Assembly (NCBI GenBank): GCA_964016885.1
Contig: CAXHJY010001496.1
Coordinates: 1-42,067 of the forward strand
DNA length: 42,067 bases
Origin: Eledone cirrhosa
Lineage: Eukaryota
Direction of reading: 5' to 3'
Part shown: piece after piece, positions 1-13,831 of the stretch
Layout of the letters: every line of letters starts with the position of its first letter
Numbering within the stretch: position 1 is the stretch's first letter
Made by a program: the position numbers and the translations under genes
The notes under the pieces: generated by a model
Seen by the model: the letters and a program-made list of their open reading frames with translations, nothing else
What the model was told of the DNA's origin: nothing
Databases searched by the model: none

Positions 1-204
1 AATGTTATTTATTATTTAGATGTAATGGAGTGTAAGATTAGGTACATGTCTCTCCCTTTCTCTCTCTCTCCTTTCTCTCTCCCCCCCCCTCTCTCACTCT
101 CTCTCTCTCTCTCAGGTGTGTTCAGTCCAAACAGTGAAAGTAACAACAACAGTGATAATAATAATAATTTCTTTAACAGAAGCAATGTTTTCCATTCCTG
201 TCAC

Positions 205-632
205 ACCCCCACTACCCTCACCACCACCCCTCCTACATTATCCCTACCCACCCCACTACCCTCACCACCACCCCTCCTACATGTCTCCCTACCCCAACCC
301 CACTACCCTCACCACCACCCCTCCTACATGTCTCCCTACACCACCCCCACAACCCTCACCACCACCCCTCCTGCATGTCTCCCTACACCACCCCACAACC
401 CTCACCACCACCACCCCTCCTACATGTCTCCCTACACCACCCCCACAACCCTCACCACCACCCCTCCTGCATGTCTCCCTACACCACCCCCACAACCCTC
501 ACCACCACCCCTCATGCATGTCTCCCTACCCCACCCCCCACTACCCTCACCACCACCCCTCCTACATGTCTCCCTACACAACCCCACACCCTTCACCACC
601 ACCCCTCCTACATGTCTCCCTACCCCACCACT
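205..632. repeat. C-rich minisatellite
   Basis: Repeated ccctcaccaccacccctcctacatgtctccctac with variable linkers (~40-45-nt period). Confidence 0.9.
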
Positions 633-682
633 CCTGATTCAATCCATTCCACTCTACCAATATTATGAGATCTGTGATTCAG

Positions 683-1277
683 TGTCTACCATTCTACCAT
701 TCTACCATTCCTGCCTACCATTCTATCAATTCCTGTCTACCATTCTACCATTCCTGCCTACCATTCTATCAATTCCTGTCTACCATTCTACCATTCCTGC
801 CTACCATTCTATCAATTCCTGTCTACCATTCTACCAATTCCTGTCTACCATTCTACCAATTCCTGTCTACCATTCTACCATTCCTGCCTACCATTCTACC
901 ATTCCTGCCTACCATTCTACCAATTCCTGTCTACCATTCTACCAATTCCTGTCTACCATTCTACCAATTCCTGTCTACCATTCTACCAATTCCTGTCTAC
1001 CCGTATACCAATTCCTGTCTACCATTCTACCAATTCCTGTCTACCATTCTACCAATTCCTGTCTACCATTCTACCAATTCCTGTCTACCATTCTACCATT
1101 CCTGTCTACCCTTATACCAATTCCTGTCTACCATTCTACCATTCCTGTCTACCCTTATACCAATTCCTGTCTACCCTTATACCAATTCCTGTCTACCATT
1201 CTACCATTCCTGTCTACCCTTATACCAATTCCTGTCTACCCTTATACCAATTCCTGTCTACCATTCTACTATTCCTG
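683..1277. repeat. 21-22-nt minisatellite
   Basis: Unit cctgtctaccattctaccaatt and variants. Confidence 0.92.
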
Positions 1278-1389
1278 TCACAGCATAACAATAAATACAG
1301 ACCCTCCAGGGATGTTTATGTTTGGAGAATTCTTTGCCATTCTTCGGCAACGTTCGCAAAGGAGTGGCAGATTAGTTTAGTATATTTCT

Positions 1390-1422
<33 letters not shown>

Positions 1423-2526
1423 CTTTCTCTGCTTTTGTGTATATGTGTGAACCTATAAGTGTATATATGTATGTGTGTATATGTGCATACATGTAGCAGT
1501 GTGTATATGTGTACACACATGTATATATACATACATACATACATACATGTGGTATTTCCTTCTATTTTGTCCTATACATTTTCCTGCCTTCTTTTTTTTT
1601 TTATCTTTTTTATTCATATTTTTCTTTTGTTTTTCTTTCTTTTATACTTTTCTCTGTAATTTCATTTTTTTACTTTTTATTCCTCGTTTCTTCTCATTGT
1701 TCTTTTTTTATATTTTCATTTGTTTTAATGTTTTGTTTTATCGTTTACCATTCTTTTCCTTCTTGAAAGAAATTGAGAAAGTCTTTTATCTAAAGTGCAT
1801 GTTTGTTGCAATCTGTAAATAGATTGGCTGGAGATTGTTGTATACCTATCTCTTGGTTTTACCGTGGGGGGGGGGGGGGGGTTAAAGTCTTTCTTTATAT
1901 TACTTTATTGTTTTGTTGTGTGTGGAGGGGGGGGTCTTTTAGAAGTCTTTTTCTTTATCTTGTACAAAATGTCATTGGTCCTCAACTTACCATTCTCACT
2001 ATCCCCACCTCCCCCACCACCACCTCACAACGACCATCCCACCCCCACCCCCCACCATCCACGACCATCCCCCACCTCCCTACCATCCCCTACCACCACG
2101 TCGACCATGGGCAAAACCAACAGGCAGGAGACCCAGGGGTCAAAGAAGTGCTTTGAGGGTGATTTGACTGTTATTTCTATCAAGTGAATGACTATGTAGA
2201 GTCCTCCCTTCCATTGGCAGTAGAACATGGTGATTGTTCCAGAATGTTTACACCTAATTAATGCAATGTTTGCCCCCACCCCTCACCATGTTTGGGGTGG
2301 AGTGAGTCAGAAGTGGATGGGTTCTGTTATATTTTCTTAACTTAATCACAATACAATTGTAGCTGCTGCATTTCCAAGAATTTCACCATTAATTTGGCAG
2401 ATCATATTCTAAGAAGTGTCGTCTCTTGTGAGGTGGTGAAGCTGAATAACTCTCTTCTTTGGAATGGTGCTACTGGGGGAGGTGATAGGGCTGTATTTAC
2501 ATGTATTTAATTCTGGTGATGGTGGT

Positions 2527-2774
2527 GCATGTGTGTGTACATGTGGTATTGCAATGTGTGTACATGTGGTATTGCAATGTGTGTACACGTGGTATTGCAA
2601 TGTGTGTACACGTGGTATTGCAATGTGTGTACACGTGGTATTGCAATGTGTGTACACGTGGTATTGCAATGTGTGTACACGTGGTATTGCAATGTGTGTA
2701 CATGTGGTATTGCAATGTGTGTACACGTGGTATTGCAATGTGTGTACATGTGGTATTGCAATGTGTGTACATGT
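2527..2774. repeat. 23-bp minisatellite, ~10 copies
   Basis: Unit gtgtacaYgtggtattgcaatgt. Confidence 0.95.
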
Positions 2775-2859
2775 AGCAGTGGTGTGTGTAATTGTGGAGG
2801 TATATCATCATTTATCAATATTTTCTGTCTGTTACCATTCTTCCAGCTGCAGGCATCAG

Positions 2860-3105
2860 TTATCTGAAGATAGATTCAATCACTCCAATAGTAAATTCTA
2901 TGGTTAGTTCAGTGCACCAAACCAATTTAATCAGTTGAATCAATGATTTCATTGATGTTGGATTCTTTCTAGAATAATCTAACAATTTTCAATCAGGTTC
3001 AAATCTGGGTTATTTTGCGGTCCATAGCTCTAGAATTTGAAATCTTTCTTGCTGAAGTCATGGCTTTTGTCTGGTATACAGCAACATCATCATGGTGAAA
3101 CTAGT
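2860..3105 (-). pseudogene. Decayed Tc1-family DDE transposase fragment (C-terminal part)
   Basis: Minus strand, with frameshifts and a stop: FHHDDVAVYQTK (cf. FQQDNAPxHxAK), FQILELW, NNPDLNLIENC* (cf. SPDLNPIENLW), NPTSMKSLIQLIKLVWCTELTIEFTIGVIESI (cf. PxxxxxLxxxIxxxW...LxxSM). Confidence 0.75.
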
Positions 3106-3547
3106 TGCATCCTGCTAGATGTTATTTCTCTCCACAATATCTGCTTGGGCGCCATTTTTACAGCAAAGATACTATAAATTTTGTTAAACACCCAACATAA
3201 CATAACATACAAATGTAAAGAATTAATTAAGTGTAAATTATTTTCAAAAGGTATCTCGCCACCACTTATTTTCTGTCCCCACGTCTTGCTCATATGATCT
3301 GTTTTTGTTTGTTTTTTACTTGGTTTTCTACAGCTGGATGCCCTTCCTAATGTCAACCACCTTGTAGGGTTGACTGGAGGCTTTTTATCATGTTGTGGAC
3401 AGTTTCTTTTATTGCTCTAACAATGACTTGGTCCGACCTATCTGTATCTGGTTATATTTCAAGGATATACAAGAAACATTGCTACAAATATTAAACGAAA
3501 TTCTTCAAATTTGTTCAACATTTGTGCATGGTTTTGAGTTAGCAATG

Positions 3548-4003
3548 ACATTTGCTAGTTAGTGTTGCCAGAAGTAATGGCTTGTATGCACAGTTTGATG
3601 TGATGTACACTACATTTGCTAGTTAGTGTTGCCAGAAGTAATGGCTTGTATGCACAGTTTGATGTGATGTACACTACATTTGCTAGTTAGTGTTGCCAGA
3701 AGTAATGGCTTGTATGCACAGTTTGATGTGATGTACACTACATTTGCTAGTTAGTGTTGCCAGAAGTAATGGCTTGTATGCACAGTTTGATGTGATGTAC
3801 ACTACATTTGCTAGTTAGTGTTGCCAGAAGTAATGGCTTGTATGCACAGTTTGATGTGATGTACACTACATTTGCTAGTTAGTGTTGCCAGAAGTAATGG
3901 CTTGTATGCACAGTTTGATGTGATGTACACTACATTTGCTAGTTAGTGTTGCCAGAAGTAATGGCTTGTATGCACAGTTTGATGTGATGTACACTACATT
4001 TGC
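3548..4003. repeat. 64-bp tandem repeat, 7 identical copies
   Basis: Unit acatttgctagttagtgttgccagaagtaatggcttgtatgcacagtttgatgtgatgtacact starting at 3548, 3612 ... 3932, plus 8 nt. Confidence 0.97.
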
Positions 4004-4236
4004 AATCCAACACTTTGGTATTTAATGTCTTCAATTTAAAGTATTGTTTTAAAGTTTTCTTCATACAATTAATACTACTACCATTACATACAACTACTAC
4101 TACTACTGCCATCACACACAACTACTGGCACTACCATTACTGTTCATGAAGCTGCTACTAGTAATAACAATACAATGGTTATCTAGCTACCACTACTACT
4201 ATTACCACCATCACTATTACAACCACTACTACTACC

Positions 4237-4289
<53 letters not shown>

Positions 4290-4467
4290 CACCACTACTA
4301 CTACTACTATTACTAATAATACAATGGTTTAAATTGTAATCTTGTGTCCCCCATTCTGTATAGTTTGTTAGCCAGTTTCTGTGACAGGTACAGAGACTCA
4401 TTGTCAGTTAAAATTTGGCCACACCAATTTTCACTTGTTCTGTTATATAAACATCTTCCCCACTCTC

Positions 4468-4505
<38 letters not shown>

Positions 4506-4934
4506 TTTACATTCCCCCTTCTATGTCTACATACCTCATATATAAAACCCTCTTTTCTTCTCTATTTTTTAACATCTCTTCTTTTCTCTGTTATTCAATT
4601 TATCTTATCTCTCCTTCAGTCAACAATGTCAAACTCCAGGCAGAAGAAATAGTTTAGTAGAAGCAGTGGATCAATTATCAATTGAAATAGTTTCAACCAA
4701 TAGTGCTGTCCCTATTTCTAAACCCTGCGTTTGTGTGTGTATGTATGTATATATATATATATATATACATACAACACACACATACATAATATATATATAT
4801 GTGTAAAATTGTTCTGGTCAGTTGAGAAATGTTCTAAAGTTAGTCATACAATACTTGACTCTATTCTCTGATTCTTCTTGATGGGAGTAACACTTTCAAT
4901 TTGGATTTGTTGGAAGAATTGCCTCAACAGATAT

Positions 4935-5060
4935 ATTTAACTTTACCTATCATTTTTACAGGGTTGATCAAATAAAGTACCAGTAATGCATTGGGATTAA
5001 TTTTATTGACTTTCCACTTCCCGAAATTGTTGGCCTTGTGCCTAAATCAAAAAACATTAT
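4935..5060 (+). mobile_element. SINE family A, diverged long variant (3' part)
   Basis: cagggttgatcaaataaagtaccagtaatgcattggg...ttgactttcc...tggccttgtgcctaaatca. Confidence 0.7.
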
Positions 5061-5160
5061 TTCATCTGTTTAAATTCTGTAATCAAACCCTGTCAGTTTT
5101 GTGTTTCCTCCATTATTAGATGATAAAAAGTACCAGAAGTTTGTCTACCTTGTGACAGGT

Positions 5161-5389
5161 TTAACCCTTTAGCATTTCAACCAGCCGTATCCGGCTAGAA
5201 TTCTCTCACCTCTTTCTGTTCAAACTGGCTGTAACCAGCTGCTCATACTGATGTTAAGGTATTGTTCTCAAAATAAATAATATCAGAATCTCATAGATTC
5301 CATATTATATGAGATAATTATGTAAGATAAAGCATTTACCACAAAAATACAATAGTATATATAGACTAATGTAAATGCTAAAGGGTTAA
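5161..5389. mobile_element. piggyBac-like MITE
   Basis: TTAA|CCCTTTAGCATTT ... AAATGCTAAAGGG|TTAA: 13-bp TIRs with TTAA TSD; diverged reverse-oriented copy at 15873-16100. Confidence 0.85.
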
Positions 5390-6441
5390 GAAATACTTAT
5401 GAGAGTTGTAAATTGATAGATATTGTACAATGCTGGATTCTATCTATAGAAATGTTTAGTTACATCCCTTAGCTATCATATCACGCTTCACTTCACATTT
5501 TTATCTACTGTCACTGGAGACACTTAAACATGTATTGACACATTATTAATGATTGGGGGTCTTTTTGTATTGTCTGTGCCCCATTGGCAGCAATAATATC
5601 TGTTGATCCTCCCTCCCTTAACCAACTTTACATATCCTCTAATATAACCGACCCCCAACACATCAAAAATATAGTTCTCTGGTAAAAATGTGTGTAAGAG
5701 TTATTACACAAATGAGAGACATCAGTTGTCTGATTCTGCCATAATTCAACCTACTAAACAATTAATTCTTGTTAATAGCTACAAACATTTGGACATTTTT
5801 GTTCAGTAATGGATTGGTTAAAGAGTGGAAGTATTTGTGGATTGTGTGGGGAGTCGTAAAGATTTACTAAACAATGTCCTCTGCTAGGGGTTCCTCTACC
5901 TCCTCTCCTGTGCTTTTGATTATTATTAAAGCTGTGTAGTTCACTATACATCAGATACTTAACAGGGCCCAATAGGGAATTATGATGGCTGCATCTCAAA
6001 CCATATTCTCATTTGTAGTTAGGGGGTTATACCTTGTATGTCTTTGGGAAAAGGATGGGCGGGCTTATGGAAATCCCTCGGGTCCTCAAATGCTGACTCA
6101 ATCATTTTGGCTTTTTACATCATTTGTCTGTGTGTGCGTGTCTGTCTGTGTGTGCGTGTCTGTCTGTGTGTGTGTGTCTGTGTTTAGAGTCCCCCTCTTC
6201 TTCCACATACATAGAGATAATAGGTTTTAGCCTGCTTCTCTATAAATGTGTATTGAGCACTTTGATGTTGTTGCTTGTGAAATTGTAATGTATTTGCTTC
6301 GTGCGTTTGTAGAGAGAGAAAGTTACTCAGTTGGGACTCGAACATGGATCACATCATGTATACACATTCAAAGTAATGCTTGCTTGCTTTATACATGTGT
6401 ATATATATGTGTGTGTGTGTATATATATATGTTTATATATA

Positions 6442-6487
<46 letters not shown>

Positions 6488-6503
6488 TATATTAATATAT
6501 ATA

Positions 6504-6535
<32 letters not shown>

Positions 6536-6596
6536 AATATATATAAATATATAAATATATATAAATATATAAATATATATTTATAAATATATATAA

Positions 6597-6663
<67 letters not shown>

Positions 6664-6706
6664 TATAAGCAGGGAAAAGCGGACGTAAAATGATGATGAT
6701 GATGAA

Positions 6707-6951
<245 letters not shown>

Positions 6952-7348
6952 TATATATATATATGTGTGTGTATAAATATATATGTATAGAGAGAGAGGG
7001 GTGTGAGATAGTGAAATATGTATGTATACATGTCTGTGTGTTTATGTGTATGTATGTATATAGCGAGAGAGGTGAGAGATAGATTTAGTGATATATGTGT
7101 GTGTTTCTCTTCCTTAGCATTGGTTCCCTGTCACAGTAACCATCCGTACTTATGGTCACAGATATTAAAATCTATTTACTATTCCCTGGTGGGAATTCAA
7201 CTTGTGAATTAGACCCCCTCTTATCTCTTGTATTAGTCTCTGTGTTGAAGAAGAAATCTTTCAAGAATGGATCCAGGCTGAAAAACTATTTAATCACAAT
7301 TGTTACTACACTGTAACTCTTTATGGATTTTACGGAATACATACATGC

Positions 7349-7423
<75 letters not shown>

Positions 7424-7506
7424 TATCATCATCATCATTTCATTTTACGTCCGCTTTTCCCTGCTTGCAAAGGTGGGACGGGAACTGATTCTGGCTTATA
7501 CTTATA

Positions 7507-7537
<31 letters not shown>

Positions 7538-7719
7538 GAAAAATGGCGTGCTGCATTGTTACAAATGGTTACACATATGAATAAAATTCGAACAGAAGAT
7601 AAGGCGTCTGTCATCAGTGATCTTCCAGCCGCCATTGGTATTTCTTTGCATTAAAGATCATATACCTCTGTCTGGTGCGAGCAATAACTAAAAAAAAGTT
7701 AGTGGGACACTGCTTATTT

Positions 7720-7793
<74 letters not shown>

Positions 7794-7849
7794 TATATAC
7801 GATATTAACAAATGGAAACTATATTTATAAAACCATATTTATATCATTA

Positions 7850-7896
7850 TACATATTTCAAGGACACCAAGTCAAATTATGGTGTGCTTTCATCAG
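7850..7896 (-). ncRNA. Hammerhead-like motif in a PLE-like island (~7800-8075)
   Basis: CTGATGA-aagcacacca-taatttgact-tggtgtcctt-GAAA-TAT-GTA: stem II 9 of 10 pairs; stem I poor. Confidence 0.5.
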
Positions 7897-8092
7897 ATAA
7901 AATATAATATAGACCAGTTTTATAAATAAATATTGACATACCCTTAAAGAATGCAACCATTACTGTTGGAAGCTCCCGGTATCGTATTTTTACTCCAATT
8001 ATTTGTTGAGTGCTTTATATTAGTTATAAAAATATTTGCTTGTTGTATCCCAACAATTTAAATAGAACTTTTACATATAAATATATATATGT

Positions 8093-8661
<569 letters not shown>

Positions 8662-8717
8662 ATAACTTGTGTGTTACACCTCTATTCTTTTAACTATATA
8701 TATATATATATATATAT

Positions 8718-9028
8718 AGTGAAAAATTGAACGGGAACAAAACAGAGAGGCAGTACGAACAAAGGTTTATTAGTTTCACGCTCTTGAGAGTGGGGTGGTG
8801 GTGGGGAATGACGTTTCGGGCAGAAGCCCTTCTTCAGGCGAAAAGTGTGTGGGAAGAGAGTTCCGTGGGAAGGGGATTCCGGAGGCTGAATGTGTATGTG
8901 GTGGTACGCACGTGTGTGTGGTGTTTATACGTATTGTGGATGTAGGTGGCGTGTGGTAAAAAAAATTTTTTGAGTGTCCGTGGTTAAGTTCCTAAGGTAG
9001 TTCCATAGAGGATGTGGTGGGATGCCGG

Positions 9029-9029
<1 letters not shown>
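8718..9029 (-). mobile_element. Penelope-like element terminal (pLTR) fragment
   Basis: ~310-bp island between (TA)n tracts; minus strand has an HHR core (8837-8810) followed by AATAAA (~8771-8766). Confidence 0.65.
8810..8837 (-). ncRNA. Minimal type I hammerhead ribozyme motif
   Basis: CTGAAGA-A-GGGC-ttct-GCCC-GAAA-CGTC: intact CUGANGA and GAAA boxes, 4-bp stem II, palindromic ACGT stem III, GUC triplet. Stem I pairing not evident, so activity is doubtful. Confidence 0.6.
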
Positions 9030-9059
<30 letters not shown>

Positions 9060-9400
9060 AAATCAGCAGGTAGTGATTCCTTTATCTGTAGCTTACATAG
9101 ATGTTAATCTATTGGAGACTTAGTTGGCTCCACTATTTGGCTTGTACTTATTTTATCAAACCCCTCCTGGGGTGTGGGGGGATGGAGCAGTACTTGGCTT
9201 CTACTTATATTTACCAACCTCCCAAGGCTGTGGTGATAGAAGGTACAATCAACCCCAGCAGGGTTTCAACTCAATAGAAAGTGAAGCATGGCATTCTGCC
9301 AAACATTCTATCAAATCTGCTCTCTATTGCCCTTTTATTGCAAATAATAATAATAATAATGATTTCATTTATTAACCACAAGGGCTGACACATTATTTTA

Positions 9401-9585
9401 GGTGAATTGGCAGTATCAGTTGAGGGTCGGACGCCATGCTTTGCAGCATAGTTACGTCCCTTTACGATCTGAGTTCAAATCCCGCCGAGGTTGACTTTGC
9501 CTTTCATCCTTACGGGGTCGATAAAATAAAGTACCAGTAATACACTGGGTGATTGCTGGCCTTGTGCCTAAAGTAGAAACAATTA
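9401..9585 (+). mobile_element. tRNA-derived SINE family A, short variant
   Basis: A-box-like tggcagtatcag, B-box gagttcaaatcc, central gactttgcctttcatccttacggggtcgataaaataaagtaccag, 3' gctggccttgtgcctaaagtagaaac; multiple copies in window. Confidence 0.9.
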
Positions 9586-10068
9586 TTTTAGAAATCTTTC
9601 ATTTAGTCTATCAGTTGTATATGTGATTCTAAAAACTGTAGTGGTAATCCATCAACCAAGTGCAATAGATGCTGCTAATCATGATGGTGGTGATGGTGGT
9701 GATGAGGGTGATGGTGGTGATGGTGGTGATGAGGGTGATGGTGTGTGGTGATGGTGGTGATGAGGGTGATGGTGGTGATGGTGGTGATGAGGGTGATAAC
9801 TGCTTTATTAAATACTTTTATATCCTGACTAAAGACAAAATATTTTTTAACCTTTAAACTTGTTACTTTTGATGTTGAAATATTGGTGAAGTTTAGTTTA
9901 AATTCCGAGCAGAATCTAAACATCCCAGTTTGTCCCCAGTCTTGGCCCCAGATAAACACCAAGATCTCTTTCAAAGAAAATCCATTTAATATTTCCAGCT
10001 AAGAAAACTGTTTAGGGTTAGATGTGAGATGTTTATACCTGTCTTTCTAATCCTATCAATCTATCTTG

Positions 10069-10144
<76 letters not shown>

Positions 10145-10185
10145 ATGTTAACGTGGAAGATAGACGTTAAACGATGATGATGATG

Positions 10186-10218
<33 letters not shown>

Positions 10219-10258
10219 CGTATATATGTATATATATATATATATGTATATATATATG

Positions 10259-10309
<51 letters not shown>

Positions 10310-10516
10310 GTATATATATATGTATGAATATATATATGTATATATATATATGTATATATGTATATATATATATATATGTATATATATATGTATGTATATA
10401 TATGTATATGAATGTATATATATATATATATATATATGTATATGAATGTATATATATATATACATATATATATACATATATATATATGTATATATATATA
10501 TATGTATATATATATG

Positions 10517-10590
<74 letters not shown>

Positions 10591-10647
10591 CTTCTTTTGT
10601 GCTCATTTTCTCTTTTCGTCTATAATGTTGATTGTATACCTTCTTAA

Positions 10648-10695
<48 letters not shown>

Positions 10696-10722
10696 ATCAC
10701 TTTCACTAATCATATGTGCTTA

Positions 10723-10773
<51 letters not shown>

Positions 10774-11120
10774 CAGAGACTCTCATGAATTAGAAATGTT
10801 ATAAAATTAACGAGATTTCTTACAAGTAATAAATTGTATTTGAAGTAATTAGAAAGAGAAGAGCATCATGGGAAATCTGTTAAATCAAGCTGAACCATTC
10901 TCCGACTGAGTGTCTCTGTCACAGATTATCAAAGTACTGCATACATACACACATACATACACATATATATATATATACATATACACACACATATATATAT
11001 ATACATATACACACATATATATATATATACATACACACATATATATATACACACATACATATATATATATATATATACACACACATATATATATATATAT
11101 ACATACACACATATATATAT

Positions 11121-11151
<31 letters not shown>

Positions 11152-11176
11152 CACACACATATATATACACACACAT

Positions 11177-11213
<37 letters not shown>

Positions 11214-11268
11214 CACACATATATATATATTTATATATATACATATACACACATATATATATACACAC

Positions 11269-11299
<31 letters not shown>

Positions 11300-11356
11300 T
11301 AATATCAATGTTAGATTTATACTCAGTTGTCATTAATCTACTGTGAATATAAATAT

Positions 11357-12098
11357 AGTCAGACAGACAGTCACATAGTCAGACAGACAGACATTCACAT
11401 AGACAGACAGTCACATAGACAGACAGACAGACAGTCACATAGACAGTCAGACAGACAGTCACATAGACAGCCAGTCAGTCACATAGACAGACAGTCACAT
11501 AGACAGCCAGTCAGTCACATAGACAGCCAGTCAGTCACATAGACAGACAGTCACATAGACAGCCAGTCAGTCAGTCACATAGACAGCCAGTCAGTCACAT
11601 AGACAGACAGTCACATAGACAGCCAGTCAGTCAGTCACATAGACAGACAGTCACATAGACAGCCAGTCAGTCAGTCACATAGACAGACAGTCACATAGAC
11701 AGCCAGTCAGTCAGTCACATAGACAGCCAGTCAGTCAGTCACATAGACAGACAGTCAGTCAGTCACATAGACAGACAGTCACATAGACAGCCAGACAGAC
11801 AGTCACATAGACAGCCAGTCAGTCAGTCACATAGACAGACAGTCACATAGACAGCCAGACAGACAGTCACATAGACAGCCAGACAGACAGTCACATAGAC
11901 AGCCAGACAGACAGTCACATAGACAGCCAGTCAGTCAGTCACATAGACAGCCAGTCAGTCAGTCACATAGACAGCCAGTCAGTCAGTCACACAGACAGCC
12001 AGTCAGTCACATAGACAGCCAGTCAGTCAGTCACACAGACAGCCAGTCAGTCAGTCACATAGACAGCCAGTCAGTCAGTCACACAGACAGACAGACAG
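11357..12098. repeat. Tetranucleotide-derived satellite
   Basis: cacat-agac-(agac|agcc)-(agtc)n in 16-24-nt units. Confidence 0.92.
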
Positions 12099-12135
12099 AG
12101 AGTGTTGGTTGCTGTGATGGTCGATAGAACTATAT

Positions 12136-12327
12136 AATAATTGTTTCTACTTTAGGCACAAGGCCAACAATAACCCAGTGTATTACTGGTACTTTATTTT
12201 ATCGACCCCGTAAGGATGAAAGGCAAAGTTAACCTCGGCGGGATTTGAACTCAGACTGGAAAGGGATGTAACTCTATGCTAGAAAGCATGGCGTCCGACC
12301 CTCTACCGATTCTGCCAATCCACCGCC
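12136..12327 (-). mobile_element. SINE family A, short variant
   Basis: Reverse complement of the 9401 and 33224 copies over its full length. Confidence 0.9.
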
Positions 12328-12351
12328 CTTATGGATGATGATTGTTGGTTT

Positions 12352-12457
12352 TTATAATAATACTAATAATAATAATATTTATAATAATACTAATAATAAT
12401 AATATTTATAATAATACTAATAATAATAATATTTATAATAATACTAATAATAATAAT
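12352..12457. repeat. 27-bp AT-rich repeat, ~4 copies
   Basis: tttataataatactaataataataata. Confidence 0.85.
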
Positions 12458-12579
12458 GATAGATTGGGAATCAAACTCCATCTGTTGACTAAAGATTGGT
12501 TCAATATATTAAAATCTATTTATTCACTCTACATGGTACAAACTGTCATTGTATCTACCACATGTGGGGGGGGGGGGGT

Positions 12580-13200
12580 TGATGGTATTGGTGGTGGTGG
12601 TGGTGTTGTTGTTGTTGGTCATTGCAGTGTTGTTGTTGTTAGTGGTGGTGGTGACAGTGTTTGTGTTGGTGGTGATCATGGCAGTGTTGTTGTCGTCAAT
12701 GTCGATGATAGTGGTGTTGGTCATGTTGTTGGTGTTGTTGGTAGTGGTGGTGGTGGTCATGGCAGTGTTGATGGTGTTGGTGATGGTGTTGTTGGTAGTG
12801 GTGGTGGTGGTCATGGCAGTGTTGATGGTGTTGGTGATGGTGTTGTTGGTAGTGGTGGTGGTGGTGGTGGTGGTCATGGCAGTGTTGATGGTGTTGGTCA
12901 TGGTGGTGTTGTTGGTAGTGGTGGTGGTCATGGCAGTGTTGATGGTGTTGGTGATGGTGGTGGTGGTGGTGGTCATGGCAGTGTTGATGGTGTTGGTCAT
13001 GGTGGTGTTGTTGGTAGTGGTGGTGGTCATGGCAGTGTTGATGGTGTTGGTGATGGTGGTCATGGCAGTGTTGATGGTGGTGGTGGTGGTGGTGGTCATG
13101 GCAGTGTTGGTGGTGTTGGTGATGGTGGTGTTGTTGTTGGTGGTGGTGGTCATGGCAGTGTTGGTGGTGTTGATGGTAGTGTTGTTGTTGCTGTTGATGG
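12580..13200. repeat. Compound (GGT/GTT)n repeat
   Basis: Recurring ggtcatggcagtgttgatggtgttggt within GGT runs. Confidence 0.88.
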
Positions 13201-13831
13201 TATAGCTGTTGCTATATAGAATAGTAGTCCTCTTTCCAGACCTTACTCCATTGTCCTCCTCCAGTTTATAGCAGGATTACTGTTTATTGTTCGGACTTCA
13301 ACAGTTCAACCTGTTTCTCTTTCTTTTGTGAGAAGAACAAAAGATTGTTTGTCGGACATAAATGGAAGGAGTTGTATGGAGAAGATTCCAGAAAATTGGG
13401 CAATCTTTAATTGGATCCAGGGTACTCTTAGATAATGATTGATTTCTCTGTAAACTAAAAGTGTTCAATAGAAATCACCACTAGATCAAAGATGGTATTT
13501 CTTTATCATCATTGTTAATTTGTTCATCATCATCATCACGATTGTCATCTTTGTCATCATCATCATCATCATTATTATCATCATTGTTGTCATTATCATC
13601 ATCATCATCCTCATTGTCAGCCTTATCCTCATCAGCACTCATTATAAAAACCAACAATCATCATCCATACACATTACATGTCAGTACCAGTGCAGTCTTC
13701 TCTCTTACACACTACATCTGATTCCTCTTATATCCAGTTTTTCTCTCAGTTCATCCATGCTTTGTCATTCACACACATTACTTTGTTTTGTTTTATTTCT
13801 CATCCTTTGCTCTTTATATATTTCTATCACA

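Noticed and set aside
25-1380. 451-aa ORF, with a polypyrimidine tract and AG at 114-115
   Set aside because: It cycles through all three reading frames of two stop-poor minisatellites and shows no recognisable domain. The acceptor-like site may be just (CT)n, though an exon starting at 116 cannot be fully excluded.
4620-4740. Possible exon after a long pyrimidine tract (QQCQTPGRRNSLVEAVDQLSIEIVSTNSAVPISKP)
   Set aside because: No convincing donor and no recognisable plexin or other homology.
12335-13219. Gly/Val/His-rich 294-aa ORF resembling a structural protein
   Set aside because: The triplet repeat is open in several frames on both strands; no signal peptide or splice support.
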